Positions 33,194 to 43,304 of a stretch of DNA of 64,000 bases are shown here, piece after piece; within the stretch, counting starts at the first letter, position 1, and every line of letters begins with the position of its first letter. This stretch comes from an uncultured Nitrospiraceae bacterium (GTDB lineage Bacteria; Nitrospirota; Thermodesulfovibrionia; Thermodesulfovibrionales; Dissulfurispiraceae). The notes under the pieces are model-generated. The model saw nothing but the letters and a program-made list of their open reading frames with translations. It did no database searches and was not told the DNA's origin. The DNA is taken from assembly GCA_963727805.1 (NCBI GenBank), contig CAVSHF010000003.1, positions 2,368,001-2,432,000 of the forward strand. Direction: 5' to 3'. The position numbers were made by a program, and so were the translations under genes.

Positions 33194-34582
33194 ATGATCT
33201 TTAAGCAATTTCATGATGAAAGTTTGGGCCATGCATCATATTTCATTGGATCAGAGACGACCGGGGAAGCCCTTGTACTCGATACGAGAAGAGATGTCGA
33301 TATCTATTTCACTGAGGCCCGCAATCAGGGGATGCGCATCAGATATGCCGCTGATACCCACCAGCACAACGATTATATATCGGGCATACTCGAGATTTCT
33401 GTTCGTGCTGACGTCCAGCTCCTGGCGGGTGACCGAGCAGTGGTCGGATATAATGTGCTGAGGTTAAACGAGGGTAACAGGCTCACGATGGGTGAGGTGG
33501 TGTTCGAAGTGCTCCATACGCCCGGACACACTCCAGAACATATCTGTCTCCTTGTGAAGGACCTTTCCCGGGGAGAAGAGCCTGTTCTGATTTTATCAGG
33601 TGGATGTCTGCTTGTGGGCGATGTCGGGAGACCCGATCTTCTTGGAGGGAACGAGGCAGCCGAGGCCAATGCACGAGATCTTTATCGCTCGCTACAGGAA
33701 AAGATTTTGAAGCTCCCCGATCATGTAGAAATCTATCCAACGCATGTGGCCGGCTCGCTCTGCGGAGGGAGCATCGGGAGTCGCCTTTCTACGACCGTTG
33801 GTTACGAGCGGAGGGTGAATAGATGGCTTAAAGATGGGGATATGGGGAGGTTTGTCAAGAAATGCACTGAGACAGAGAATCTTCCCGCTATGCCGCCTTA
33901 CTGGAAGCATATGAGGACAATCAATCAGGAAGGACCGCCTGTCTTAGGCACTCTCGGGGAGCCTCTGGCGTTAGACGTTAGCGCATTCGATCGTCTCCGA
34001 AAAGAAGGAATATTTGTTCTCGACTGCCGATCACCTGAGGCATTCTCCGCCCACATACCCGAAGCTCTTAACGCTGGTGCCGGACCGAGTTTTCCGACCT
34101 GGGCTGGCACCGTCCTCCCTTTTGGGAAGCCTTATGTCCTTGTGCTGGAGGATGCGCAACAAGTATGGAATATATGCTGGCATATGCTTAGCATCGGTTA
34201 TGATCTGCCGAAAGGGTGGCTTGCTGGGGGGATGATGGCATGGCGCCATGCAGGCATGGAACTTGAAATGATGCCTCTGTGGACGGTTTGGCGCCTGAAA
34301 GATGAGCTGCAGCGGAGAAAAGATCTTCTTGTACTTGACGTGCGTCAGCCGCGAGAATGGGCCTCTGGTCATATCGAAGGGGCCTGTCATATTACCGGGG
34401 CTGAGATAACGGAGCGAATTGTAGATATCCCCCATGACAGACCCGTAGCTGTCATATGCGGAAGCGGTTACAGATCCTCTGCGGTTGCAAGCATACTTAA
34501 GAATAAAGGGTACAGTGAAATCTCCAGTGTCATCGGAGGAATGGGGGCCTGGAAAAGAGCTGGATTTGAGATTGTGAGGTAG
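33194..34582 (+). CDS. MBL-fold hydrolase with two rhodanese domains (persulfide dioxygenase/sulfurtransferase-like)
   Basis: THQHNDY, TPGHTPEH, GDVGRPDL, ICGSGYRS. Confidence 0.92.
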   Translation: MIFKQFHDESLGHASYFIGSETTGEALVLDTRRDVDIYFTEARNQGMRIRYAADTHQHNDYISGILEISVRADVQLLAGDRAVVGYNVLRLNEGNRLTMGEVVFEVLHTPGHTPEHICLLVKDLSRGEEPVLILSGGCLLVGDVGRPDLLGGNEAAEANARDLYRSLQEKILKLPDHVEIYPTHVAGSLCGGSIGSRLSTTVGYERRVNRWLKDGDMGRFVKKCTETENLPAMPPYWKHMRTINQEGPPVLGTLGEPLALDVSAFDRLRKEGIFVLDCRSPEAFSAHIPEALNAGAGPSFPTWAGTVLPFGKPYVLVLEDAQQVWNICWHMLSIGYDLPKGWLAGGMMAWRHAGMELEMMPLWTVWRLKDELQRRKDLLVLDVRQPREWASGHIEGACHITGAEITERIVDIPHDRPVAVICGSGYRSSAVASILKNKGYSEISSVIGGMGAWKRAGFEIVR

Positions 34583-34594
34583 TGACCTGATCGT

Positions 34595-35386
34595 ATGCTC
34601 AAGTATGTATTACTGAGAACGGGAATTAAGCTTCACTATGCAGAAAAGGGTTATTGGTCCGGAGAGCCTGTTGTTTTATTGCATGGCTACGCCGACTCAT
34701 GGCAATCGTTTGCACCTATGTTATCAGAGTTCTCATCTTCCTTCCGAACATTCTCTCTAGATCTCAGAGGCCACGGTAACTCTGATAAACCTGCAGGTGG
34801 GTATAAGTTGGATGACTTTGTGGCGGATTTAGCCGCGTTCATGGATTCTATGAGCTTAGAAAGGGCCAACATTGTCGGGCATTCATTAGGCAGTTTTATC
34901 GCACAGTTGTTTGCCGCGTGTCATCCTGATCGCATCAGGCGACTCCTTCTTGTCAGTTCGGCCCCGTCAGCAACGCGTAATGCCGTTCTTCAAAGCCTAA
35001 AGACGGAGGTTGATGCACTTAGCGACCCCATTGACAAAGCCTTTGTCGTGACATTTCAGGAACCTTCAGCGCCTATTGCGCAAGACTTTATGGATAGGAT
35101 CATTTCGGAGAGTATGAAAGTACCCGCGCATGTTTGGCAAAATACTCTTTCAGGCCTGCTGCAAGCTGATAATAGTTCTATCCTTGGTTGCATAAAAGCT
35201 CCAACCTTCATTGCCTGGGGTTGCAAGGATGCAATATTCACGCGTGAGGACCAGAACAAGCTTATTGCGAAAATTCCTCATGCTCTATTGAGAGAGTACG
35301 ATGCTGGTCACGCCATTCACTGGGAAAAGCCAAAGGAACTTGCTTTGGATATGATTAAATTCATGACCCGACCGTTTTCAACATAG
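34595..35386 (+). CDS. Alpha/beta hydrolase
   Basis: LLHG, DLRGHGNS, GHSLG nucleophile elbow, GH. Confidence 0.92.
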   Translation: MLKYVLLRTGIKLHYAEKGYWSGEPVVLLHGYADSWQSFAPMLSEFSSSFRTFSLDLRGHGNSDKPAGGYKLDDFVADLAAFMDSMSLERANIVGHSLGSFIAQLFAACHPDRIRRLLLVSSAPSATRNAVLQSLKTEVDALSDPIDKAFVVTFQEPSAPIAQDFMDRIISESMKVPAHVWQNTLSGLLQADNSSILGCIKAPTFIAWGCKDAIFTREDQNKLIAKIPHALLREYDAGHAIHWEKPKELALDMIKFMTRPFST

Positions 35387-35766
35387 TCAGAAGCCGCCCC
35401 TTTAACCTTCAGTGAATTAGTAACCTTCAATAAGATCGTCGACAAACGTTATCAGGCTAGCGTTGTAAAACGCGGGCTTAAATAAGGTATCCGTTTAATC
35501 TCCCAATTTTGCTTCTCATATGCATCCTCAATATTGTATATTTCACTTGTAAATGTGCGAGGGTATATTTAAGGCTATGATAAAATTACATACAATAGTT
35601 GCGGGTTAATTTTATGACAATATTCTTTTGAGGCCCAATAGACCAATAATGAGTACTACGGGAAACATAAACAGGATGCGAATTAATAATAAAGGATTTG
35701 TAGGTATCATAAGTTTCTTGTCACGCAATCATTGTTAAAAAATATTATCGGGGAAATTCAGCACAA

Positions 35767-37065
35767 ATGAACAATTCCAATGTAGAAGCAGCCGCAAAAC
35801 GCAAAGCGTATATAAACATCATGCTGCCACTTTTTCTTACCTCGGTCATCGCATATCTCGACCGCGTCAATATTGGCTATGCGGCACTAACCATGAACAA
35901 GGACCTTGGCCTTACAGCGGAAAAGTTCGGTATGGGAGCAGGCATTTTCTTTGCCGGTTACATATTGTTTGAGGTACCCGGGGCTTTGATAGCTGAAAAG
36001 TATAGCCCCAAAATCTGGCTGGCGCGAATCATGTTCACTTGGGGATTGGTATCAGGATCGATGGCTTTTATGACTAACGAATGGCATTTCTATATCGCTC
36101 GATTTCTCCTGGGTGCATCGGAGGCTAGTCTTTATCCGGTTATCTATGCCTCTTGCATCCCACGTTGGTTTAGCGCTAAGGATCGGGCGAGGGCGCTTGC
36201 CCTACTGCTGACTTCGCTGCAGATTTCAGGCATTTTCGGTGGACCGCTGGCAGGGTGGTTGCTCGACGTGCCACTGTATGGATTTAAAGGCTGGCAAGGC
36301 TTGTTTATTCTTGAGTCCATTCCGGCAATCTTTTTCGCATTTGTTATTATCTTTTGGATGGAGGACCGGCCGAGTGAAGCTAGGTGGTTAACAGCAGACG
36401 AGAAACAATACCTCACCGAACGGTATGAAAAAGAGGTTGCCACAAAACAAGCGGTTAAACACTATACGGTTTGGAAAGCGTTTAAAGAGCCGGAAGTTCT
36501 TAAACTTTGCACCGCCTATTTCTTGTGGATTACCGGATTTTGGGGATTCAACTACTGGATGCCACAAGTGCTTAAAGCCTCATCAGGTTGGTCCAACCTG
36601 GCGATCGGCTGGATGATGGCCATACCGATGACTATTTCACTCTTTACGATGTTGTATATCGGGCATTCTTCCTCGAAAAGGGGGGAAAAGCGGTGGCATG
36701 GCGCGATTGGTTTGTTTATCGGCGCAATCGGTATGGGCGTGGGAGTCTTTATCAAAGAGCCTTCTATGGCATTTTTCTTTGTGATTTTAGCGGCAATTGG
36801 CACCTATGCGCCCTTTGGCGTATGGTGGTCTTACCCGACAACGTTCCTGTCGGGGACTGCTGCTGCCGGTGCTATCGGGCTTATAAACTCCTGTGGTAAT
36901 GTTGGCGGATTTGTAGGTCCTTATCTGACTGGCTGGATGAAGCAGGCTACTGGATCGTTCGAAGGTGCCTGGGTATACCTCGCGATTTCATTGACGATAT
37001 CCGGACTGATTATACTAACCTTTAAAAAGAATCCTCCTGGTGATGGAGTAGCACCTTACAATTAA
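35767..37065 (+). CDS. MFS transporter, anion:cation symporter family
   Basis: AYLDRVNIGYA, FEVPG, GWQGLFILE, GLINSCGNVGGFVGP. Confidence 0.93.
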   Translation: MNNSNVEAAAKRKAYINIMLPLFLTSVIAYLDRVNIGYAALTMNKDLGLTAEKFGMGAGIFFAGYILFEVPGALIAEKYSPKIWLARIMFTWGLVSGSMAFMTNEWHFYIARFLLGASEASLYPVIYASCIPRWFSAKDRARALALLLTSLQISGIFGGPLAGWLLDVPLYGFKGWQGLFILESIPAIFFAFVIIFWMEDRPSEARWLTADEKQYLTERYEKEVATKQAVKHYTVWKAFKEPEVLKLCTAYFLWITGFWGFNYWMPQVLKASSGWSNLAIGWMMAIPMTISLFTMLYIGHSSSKRGEKRWHGAIGLFIGAIGMGVGVFIKEPSMAFFFVILAAIGTYAPFGVWWSYPTTFLSGTAAAGAIGLINSCGNVGGFVGPYLTGWMKQATGSFEGAWVYLAISLTISGLIILTFKKNPPGDGVAPYN

Positions 37066-37952
37066 GCGTGAATAGCAACATTCATAACCATAACTTTTTA
37101 AAAGGTGACCAGAATAACTATTCTGGGACGTAGAAGGTGAATTTGCGAAGTCCTGAAACGCGTGAAGACTGCGGGGCATCTTCCAAATGCTCACTTGGTA
37201 TATTTCGTAGTTAATAAGCGTCTCGTTCGAAAACAATCACTTGCGCAGACTCACTGCGATTGGTAAATGCTGGATGTTCATCAGATGCAACTGAACAAGG
37301 AAAAGGACTGGGAGATGAAGGTCATGAAAACAAGAGACGTGTTTACTATGCAGTTGACGACGGCCAACCCGGTGGATTTTAACCGCATGCGTGGACTTGG
37401 GTATATAGGTGCCATGGCATTGGGAGAGAATCACCAAATTCATCGTTGAGGACTGGGAGGAGTGAAAATACGCAGCATGAGGTTGGCCGCTTAATATAAA
37501 ACTGGAACAGATAACATCAGTAATGTTGAAGAGGGATTTTAGCGACGGCTCGAAAAAATATTCCTGGGGATGGAAAATGCATTCGAAACAACCTGTCCAA
37601 AGCGTGGGAGCAAGTGTTGTGTTATTCTAATAGATATTTTCTTGATCGTAATGGTAGCCAGCGTTTCGCATAATGACCGAGTTTGTCCGGTAATTTCACC
37701 AATTGTTCTCGACATATTTTCTGCGCCAGATCTTCTTTATTTATATGGAACAACTGCTAGAAAGTTGTGGCAGAGTTATTGCATATAATTTGTCAGGTAA
37801 ATGCATCGCAATCAGTTGGATTAATATTACAGTCTTTATAAGGCAAGACAAGGATGAGGAATAATCGTCTTAAAGTATCGGAAAAGGCACTGGCGTGGCC
37901 AAGAAAATATTTCATCTCTTCCGGCCCAAGCTGATACATTCATTCCACAATT

Positions 37953-38267
37953 ATGAGTGATATTCTAACGAAAATAATCTTACTCATCGGACTTATTATC
38001 ATACTTATCCCCTTCACATATCTATGGCACTTCTTCATAGAGCATCTTCCGCAGAAATATGGATATTTTAAATTTGTCCTGATGGTGATTTGTTATTTAT
38101 CGATAATGGCGATGAGCACGTTTCTCATATCCGAAGGGATGATTGGCTTGATAATATTCTTTACAATACCAATTCTAATGCTGCTTATCGGCGCTTTGTT
38201 TTTCAAAGACGAAATAAAGCATGAATTAAAATGGGAGCTGAAGGGACTCATCAATAATAACGATTGA
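37953..38267 (+). CDS. Small hypothetical membrane protein
   Basis: 104 aa, three hydrophobic segments, AT-rich. Confidence 0.55.
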   Translation: MSDILTKIILLIGLIIILIPFTYLWHFFIEHLPQKYGYFKFVLMVICYLSIMAMSTFLISEGMIGLIIFFTIPILMLLIGALFFKDEIKHELKWELKGLINNND

Positions 38268-38339
38268 TCACGTCATCGATATCATAATATATAAAAATCA
38301 GAACCTTCCCTATCAGTCATTGTCAGAAAAAGTAATGAT

Positions 38340-38546
38340 TTGGCCTGGCATCTTGATTCGTCAGAACTAAACCGTCAGAACATATTTTTTCTGGAACCCA
38401 TTAGGTCACCTGCACTACTAGATTCGGAGGATTTCAATCGGCTAATGGATAATCCTGAATTCCGGCAAATGCTCGTCGGGGCAAAGACCTATCCTCTTTT
38501 GAGGGACGTGATTTATAGCATTGCAAGAGTTGATTCACTGCTGTAA
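38340..38546 (+). other. Possible gene fragment, unknown family
   Basis: Protein-like composition, TTG start with no RBS, lies among decayed sequence. Confidence 0.3.
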
Positions 38547-38971
38547 GCACCGCCAACAATAAATAGCAACAGGTAAGTCTGATCCTATCCCTCTAGCCTT
38601 ATTCGTTGATCCCGAGTATGTTGTCTCATGGGAAAATGGTTTTCATCAACTATCTCTCACTTTATTCATCCCATGAAGAGATTTTCAACGTCTGTTAGAG
38701 CATGTGAGGAGCTTTCTCAAACTTATAGCGACCTTTGAGTTATGTCATTTACGTATTTGTCCACTCAGTCCTTAGAACTTTTCTAATTGTCGCCGGTTCA
38801 TCAATCTTTTTCATTCCTCTGCACAATATAACGGCATATAAAAAACTATCTGGCAACCGCAAAGTTTTTGCCTTCAAGTGTCTACTGTCGACGGCAATGC
38901 GTTGTAACCTCTTACGGATCATTTCCGTCTTTAGTTTATATGGGGCATTTAATTTTAAAGGAGGGAGTGCA

Positions 38972-39514
38972 ATGAGAGGGATTAGACGTTTTTCGGTGTT
39001 GGCTGCAGCCGTTTCGCTCGCTATGTTGCTTGGAGGAAGCATGGGGTCCAATGTGTATGCGGAAAGTGGACATAACGGCAACCAGAAGCAGTTTATGAAT
39101 AAAGAGAAGGCCGAGCACGGTAAACAGGGGAGGCACTGCGGGCATCACAAATGGGACCTGTTTAAGGGGCTCAACCTTAACGCAGCTCAAAAAGAACAGA
39201 TCAAAGGCATCATGAAGGGGCATCACAAAGAGTTCATCGAGGGCAAGATTGCAGTTCTGCAGGCAAAACAGAATCTGATGACGGCAACGACCAGCGCCAC
39301 ATTTGCTCAAACGGCTGTGCAGAGGGCATTCGGCGATGTTTCAGCGGCACAGGAGAAGACGATAATTTTACGCGCAAAAGTCTTCAGTGAGGTGATGCCG
39401 ATATTAACGCCTGACCAGAAGGCTGTAGTGTCTGGCCGGCTAGCGAAGTCCAAGCTTCGCATGCAAAAGGTCATCTCAAAGCTTGAATCAAAGCTAAAAT
39501 CACCGACTGAATAA
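38972..39514 (+). CDS. Spy/CpxP-family periplasmic protein
   Basis: AAGGAGG RBS, signal peptide, His-rich linker, LNAAQ and LTPDQ motifs. Confidence 0.88.
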   Translation: MRGIRRFSVLAAAVSLAMLLGGSMGSNVYAESGHNGNQKQFMNKEKAEHGKQGRHCGHHKWDLFKGLNLNAAQKEQIKGIMKGHHKEFIEGKIAVLQAKQNLMTATTSATFAQTAVQRAFGDVSAAQEKTIILRAKVFSEVMPILTPDQKAVVSGRLAKSKLRMQKVISKLESKLKSPTE

Positions 39515-39661
39515 CCCACAGCCATTGAGTATGCCGGGGGAATAAGGTCACAACAAGGGGATGTCAGATACAACCATCCCCTTGTACTCAATATCGTCTG
39601 GTAGCTTGCAAGGATCATAAAAGGCATGGAAATGAAAGGAGCTGAAGGATCATAAACGCAG

Positions 39662-40084
39662 ATGGACAAACACAAGAGCAATACTTCGCATTTTGCAGCA
39701 GCTGTTATCCTTGTTGTGGAGGATGATCCAGTGCAGAGAGATATCCTCCAGATAATCCTTGCTGATGAGGGGTACCAGACGCATGTTGCGTCATCGGCTG
39801 AGGAGGCGCTAAAGGTGGCGAAAGCGTTAAAGCCGGATGTCGTTTTGACAGATCTTCGCATGCACAAAATGAATGGTATAGAACTCATGGAAGAACTCAG
39901 ATCACAAGGGGATGCGCCGGAGGTGATTATAATGTCCGCCTCTGGCACCCCCCTCATAATAGAGGAATCGGTAGGAAAGGGGGCGTTCAGTTTTATACAA
40001 AAACCTCTTGATATACCTCAAGTTTTATTGAACATAAATCGGGCCTTAGGGATAAGTGCTAAATTCAAAAATCAGGATTATTGA
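39662..40084 (+). CDS. Single-domain response regulator
   Basis: VVEDD, TDLRM, MSA, KP. Confidence 0.88.
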   Translation: MDKHKSNTSHFAAAVILVVEDDPVQRDILQIILADEGYQTHVASSAEEALKVAKALKPDVVLTDLRMHKMNGIELMEELRSQGDAPEVIIMSASGTPLIIEESVGKGAFSFIQKPLDIPQVLLNINRALGISAKFKNQDY

Positions 40085-40358
40085 AACATCCTGGTAGCTT
40101 GGGGCAATGATCCAAAACTTATCGGGACAAGTTATAGCAGAAGCGAGATGATCATCTTGTAGTTCTTGTTATAACCGTTACTGAAGAATCAATTCGCAAA
40201 CAGCTGGCAATTGTCATTATTTCTCAGTCCCATTAGTCTGGTGACTATTCCTTTGATGAATTTAGGCAGAATCAAGAATTGTCATCACTGAGGCGAGATA
40301 TTATTGTTACCTGCATGTTGAATGGTTATGCTTGTAGATAGGTTACAGGAGATGTCAG

Positions 40359-41495
40359 GTGAAAGGAATTCTGAGAATCGCTTTTAAGCTTCTGATTAAT
40401 GACAAGGGGAAGTTTGCCGCTTTACTTGTCGGTATAACCTTTGCGGTCTTTTTGATGGTCATGATGACATCGATGTTTGCTGGTATTCTCCACAGGTCAT
40501 CATCTACCGTATTAAACATCGGGGCCAAAATCTGGGTGATGGACCCCGCAGTAAACACCGTTGCGAGTAGCATCCCGATGCCAGATTATATCTTGGACGC
40601 GGTACGGAGCATCGACGGGGTCAAATATGCTGTCCCTTTGTATTCTGGAGCGGCTCTTGTTAAGCTTCGAAGCGGCGTCTATCAGGCCGCAACAGTCATT
40701 GGTCTCGACGATGCCAGTCTGTTCGGTAGACCAGAGTTGATTGAAGGACGAATTGAGGACATCTATGTTGAAAACGCATTTATCGTTGTTAAGGATTCTG
40801 AATTCCCGAAACTTGACAATCCAAAATTGGGTTCGGAATTTGAGATAAATGACCACAAGGCAGTCATCCTCGGCATTGCAAAAGTCACTTCCAGCGGACT
40901 GTTCGGGATTCCAACCCTTTATACAACATATAACAGGGCCATCCAGTATATACCTTCCACGAGGTATACCATCTCATATATCCTCATCGAGCCTAAGAGT
41001 GCAGCCGCAGTTCAGAACATTAAACTGCAGGTAAAGAATCTCGGTTACGAAGCGCTAACCAAAGGCGAATTTATCAATAAAATCTCGATGTTCTATAAAT
41101 ACCAGACAGGACTCGGCATCAATGTTCTGTTAATGACGGTAATAAGTTTTATAGTGGGCCTCTCCATTTCGGGGCAAACTTTTTATACGTTCATACTGGA
41201 AAACCTCGAAAAGTTCGGGGCCTTGAAAGCTATAGGGGCCAAGGGACGCGAACTCGTATACATGATAATGTTTCAGGCAACCTTTACCTGTTTGACAGGC
41301 TATGGCCTTGGCATCGGCCTAAGCTCCCTCATAATAGCCTTTGCAAAACTCAGGCTTCCGAGCTACGCAGCCCAGATAACCTACGGGAATCTCGCGTTTG
41401 CATTTATCATGGTACTCATAATAGCGGGTATTTCGAGTTATATTGGAATAAGAAAGGTCATCAAAATAGAACCTTTCGATATCTTCAGAGGGTGA
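40359..41495 (+). CDS. ABC exporter permease (FtsX/MacB/DevC-like)
   Basis: N-terminal TM, periplasmic domain, FGALKAIGA, three C-terminal TMs. Confidence 0.9.
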   Translation: MKGILRIAFKLLINDKGKFAALLVGITFAVFLMVMMTSMFAGILHRSSSTVLNIGAKIWVMDPAVNTVASSIPMPDYILDAVRSIDGVKYAVPLYSGAALVKLRSGVYQAATVIGLDDASLFGRPELIEGRIEDIYVENAFIVVKDSEFPKLDNPKLGSEFEINDHKAVILGIAKVTSSGLFGIPTLYTTYNRAIQYIPSTRYTISYILIEPKSAAAVQNIKLQVKNLGYEALTKGEFINKISMFYKYQTGLGINVLLMTVISFIVGLSISGQTFYTFILENLEKFGALKAIGAKGRELVYMIMFQATFTCLTGYGLGIGLSSLIIAFAKLRLPSYAAQITYGNLAFAFIMVLIIAGISSYIGIRKVIKIEPFDIFRG

Positions 41496-41496
41496 T

Positions 41497-42201
41497 ATGG
41501 CCGATCTCGCTATAAAAGCTGACGAACTCGTCAAATGGTTTGGAGAAGGGGACACAAAGACCGTCGCTGTAAAAGACGTCAGCTTTGAAGCCTACTTCGG
41601 GGAGATGCTCTATATAGAAGGTCCGTCCGGCAGCGGCAAGACAACTTTGCTCAGCATGATTTCCGGGATTCTTCGGCCCAATTCAGGCAGAGTGACAGTG
41701 GAAGGCAAGGATATTTGGAGTTTGCCCGCCGACCAGATTGCGGATTTCAGATTGAATACGGTCGGATTCGTTTTTCAGGACTATCACCTCTTTCCAAGAC
41801 TGACCACGGTTGAAAACGTTGCAATTCCCCTGATCCTGAAAAAAGTCGACTGGAATGAATCTCTCAGGATGTCTCTACAATATCTTGAAGTAGTAGGGTT
41901 GAAGGACAGGGCCCAACTTACTCCGACCAAATTAAGCGGAGGGGAGCAGCAACGTGTGGCCATCGCACGAGCAATCGTCAGCAGTCCCGATATACTCATA
42001 TTTGACGAACCGACCGCTTCGCTTGACGGGGATACGGGAAGAAGAATCGTAGATTTCGTAAAGAAAAACATATTAAATGAGAAGAGGTGCATTTTGATCG
42101 TCACTCATGACAGCCGAATATTCGAATACGCTGACAGGATAATGAAGATGGAGGACGGTAAGATTACGGGGGTCGTCAAAGGAGGGGTACGTGAGGAATA
42201 A
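41497..42201 (+). CDS. ABC transporter ATP-binding protein
   Basis: GPSGSGKTT, LSGGEQQRVAIARA, DEPT. Confidence 0.95.
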   Translation: MADLAIKADELVKWFGEGDTKTVAVKDVSFEAYFGEMLYIEGPSGSGKTTLLSMISGILRPNSGRVTVEGKDIWSLPADQIADFRLNTVGFVFQDYHLFPRLTTVENVAIPLILKKVDWNESLRMSLQYLEVVGLKDRAQLTPTKLSGGEQQRVAIARAIVSSPDILIFDEPTASLDGDTGRRIVDFVKKNILNEKRCILIVTHDSRIFEYADRIMKMEDGKITGVVKGGVREE

Positions 42202-43276
42202 GGTTTTATTCACCCTTGCAATCATAGGACTCATAGCCGGGATAATCAGCGCTTATATCTATGGCCTACAAAAAAAACCGCAGCCCCCGGTCTTCAATCC
42301 GGCTTCCAATCCTTATGAGAAGGGAATTTATGCGAGTTGTATAACCGAAAGCTATCAAAACAATGGGGCGAATATCAATATTTATCCTGAAGTGACCGGA
42401 ACGATTCTTAAGATCCCCGTTGCTGAAGGCGATAGTATATCCAAGGGAACACCGTTGCTCATCATGGATGATTCCGTTCAAAGGGCGACCACCGAGCAGC
42501 AGAAATCACAGGCGGAAGCTGCTGGTGCCTTGCTCGAAGAACTTAAGGCCCAACCTAGAAAAGAAAGTCTGGAGGTAGCAAAGGCACAGGTTGAGTCGAC
42601 CAACGCAAGCCTCAGGACCGCTCAGGACCAGTTGGACAAGCAAAGAAAGTCATATGAATTGAATCCGAAGTCTGTGAGTAAAGACACCTTGGACAATGCG
42701 GAAAATGCTGTCAGGGTGACGAAGGCTAACCTCGAAGTAGCCAGGAAGCAGTACGAACTTACCCAGGCGGGCGCCTGGATTTATGATATAAGAAACCAGG
42801 AGAAGCAGTACAATGCATTGTCAAAGGCTTACACGGCTTCGAATTCCCTGCTCGCTAAATACACCATAAAGGCTCCTGTTAATGGAGTTATCCTTTCGAT
42901 TAGTGCCGCTGTTGGCAGCTACATATCCCCGCAAGGTATATATGACACGTATACCCAGGGATTCAGCCCCGTTATTGTCATGGGAAGTGCTCAGGATTAC
43001 ATTGGCGTCAGATGTTATGTTGATGAAATCCTCATACACAAAATGCCTCAGGCATCGCATATGAATGCGCAGATGTCGATTAGAGGCACGGATATTCATA
43101 TCCCTCTGGAATATGTGCGAGTTCAGCCTTATGTTTCTCCCAAGATTGAATTGTCTAATCAAAGGACCGAAAGGGTGGATGTAAGAGTATTGCCGGTAAT
43201 ATTCAGGTTTGAGCGGTCAAAGGACTTAAACATTTACCCCGGGCAACTGGTAGATGTTTATATAGGGGAGAAATAA
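42191..43276 (+). CDS. HlyD-family periplasmic adaptor
   Basis: TM anchor, lipoyl halves, coiled coil, IKAPVNG, PGQ. Confidence 0.9.
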   Translation: MRNKVLFTLAIIGLIAGIISAYIYGLQKKPQPPVFNPASNPYEKGIYASCITESYQNNGANINIYPEVTGTILKIPVAEGDSISKGTPLLIMDDSVQRATTEQQKSQAEAAGALLEELKAQPRKESLEVAKAQVESTNASLRTAQDQLDKQRKSYELNPKSVSKDTLDNAENAVRVTKANLEVARKQYELTQAGAWIYDIRNQEKQYNALSKAYTASNSLLAKYTIKAPVNGVILSISAAVGSYISPQGIYDTYTQGFSPVIVMGSAQDYIGVRCYVDEILIHKMPQASHMNAQMSIRGTDIHIPLEYVRVQPYVSPKIELSNQRTERVDVRVLPVIFRFERSKDLNIYPGQLVDVYIGEK

Positions 43277-43304
43277 GCAGGAAGACTCTGGAAGGGAATA
43301 GAAA

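Noticed and set aside
37267..37449. 60 aa ORF ending GLGYIGAMALGENHQIHR
   Set aside because: Looks like a C-terminal gene fragment, but no family can be supported
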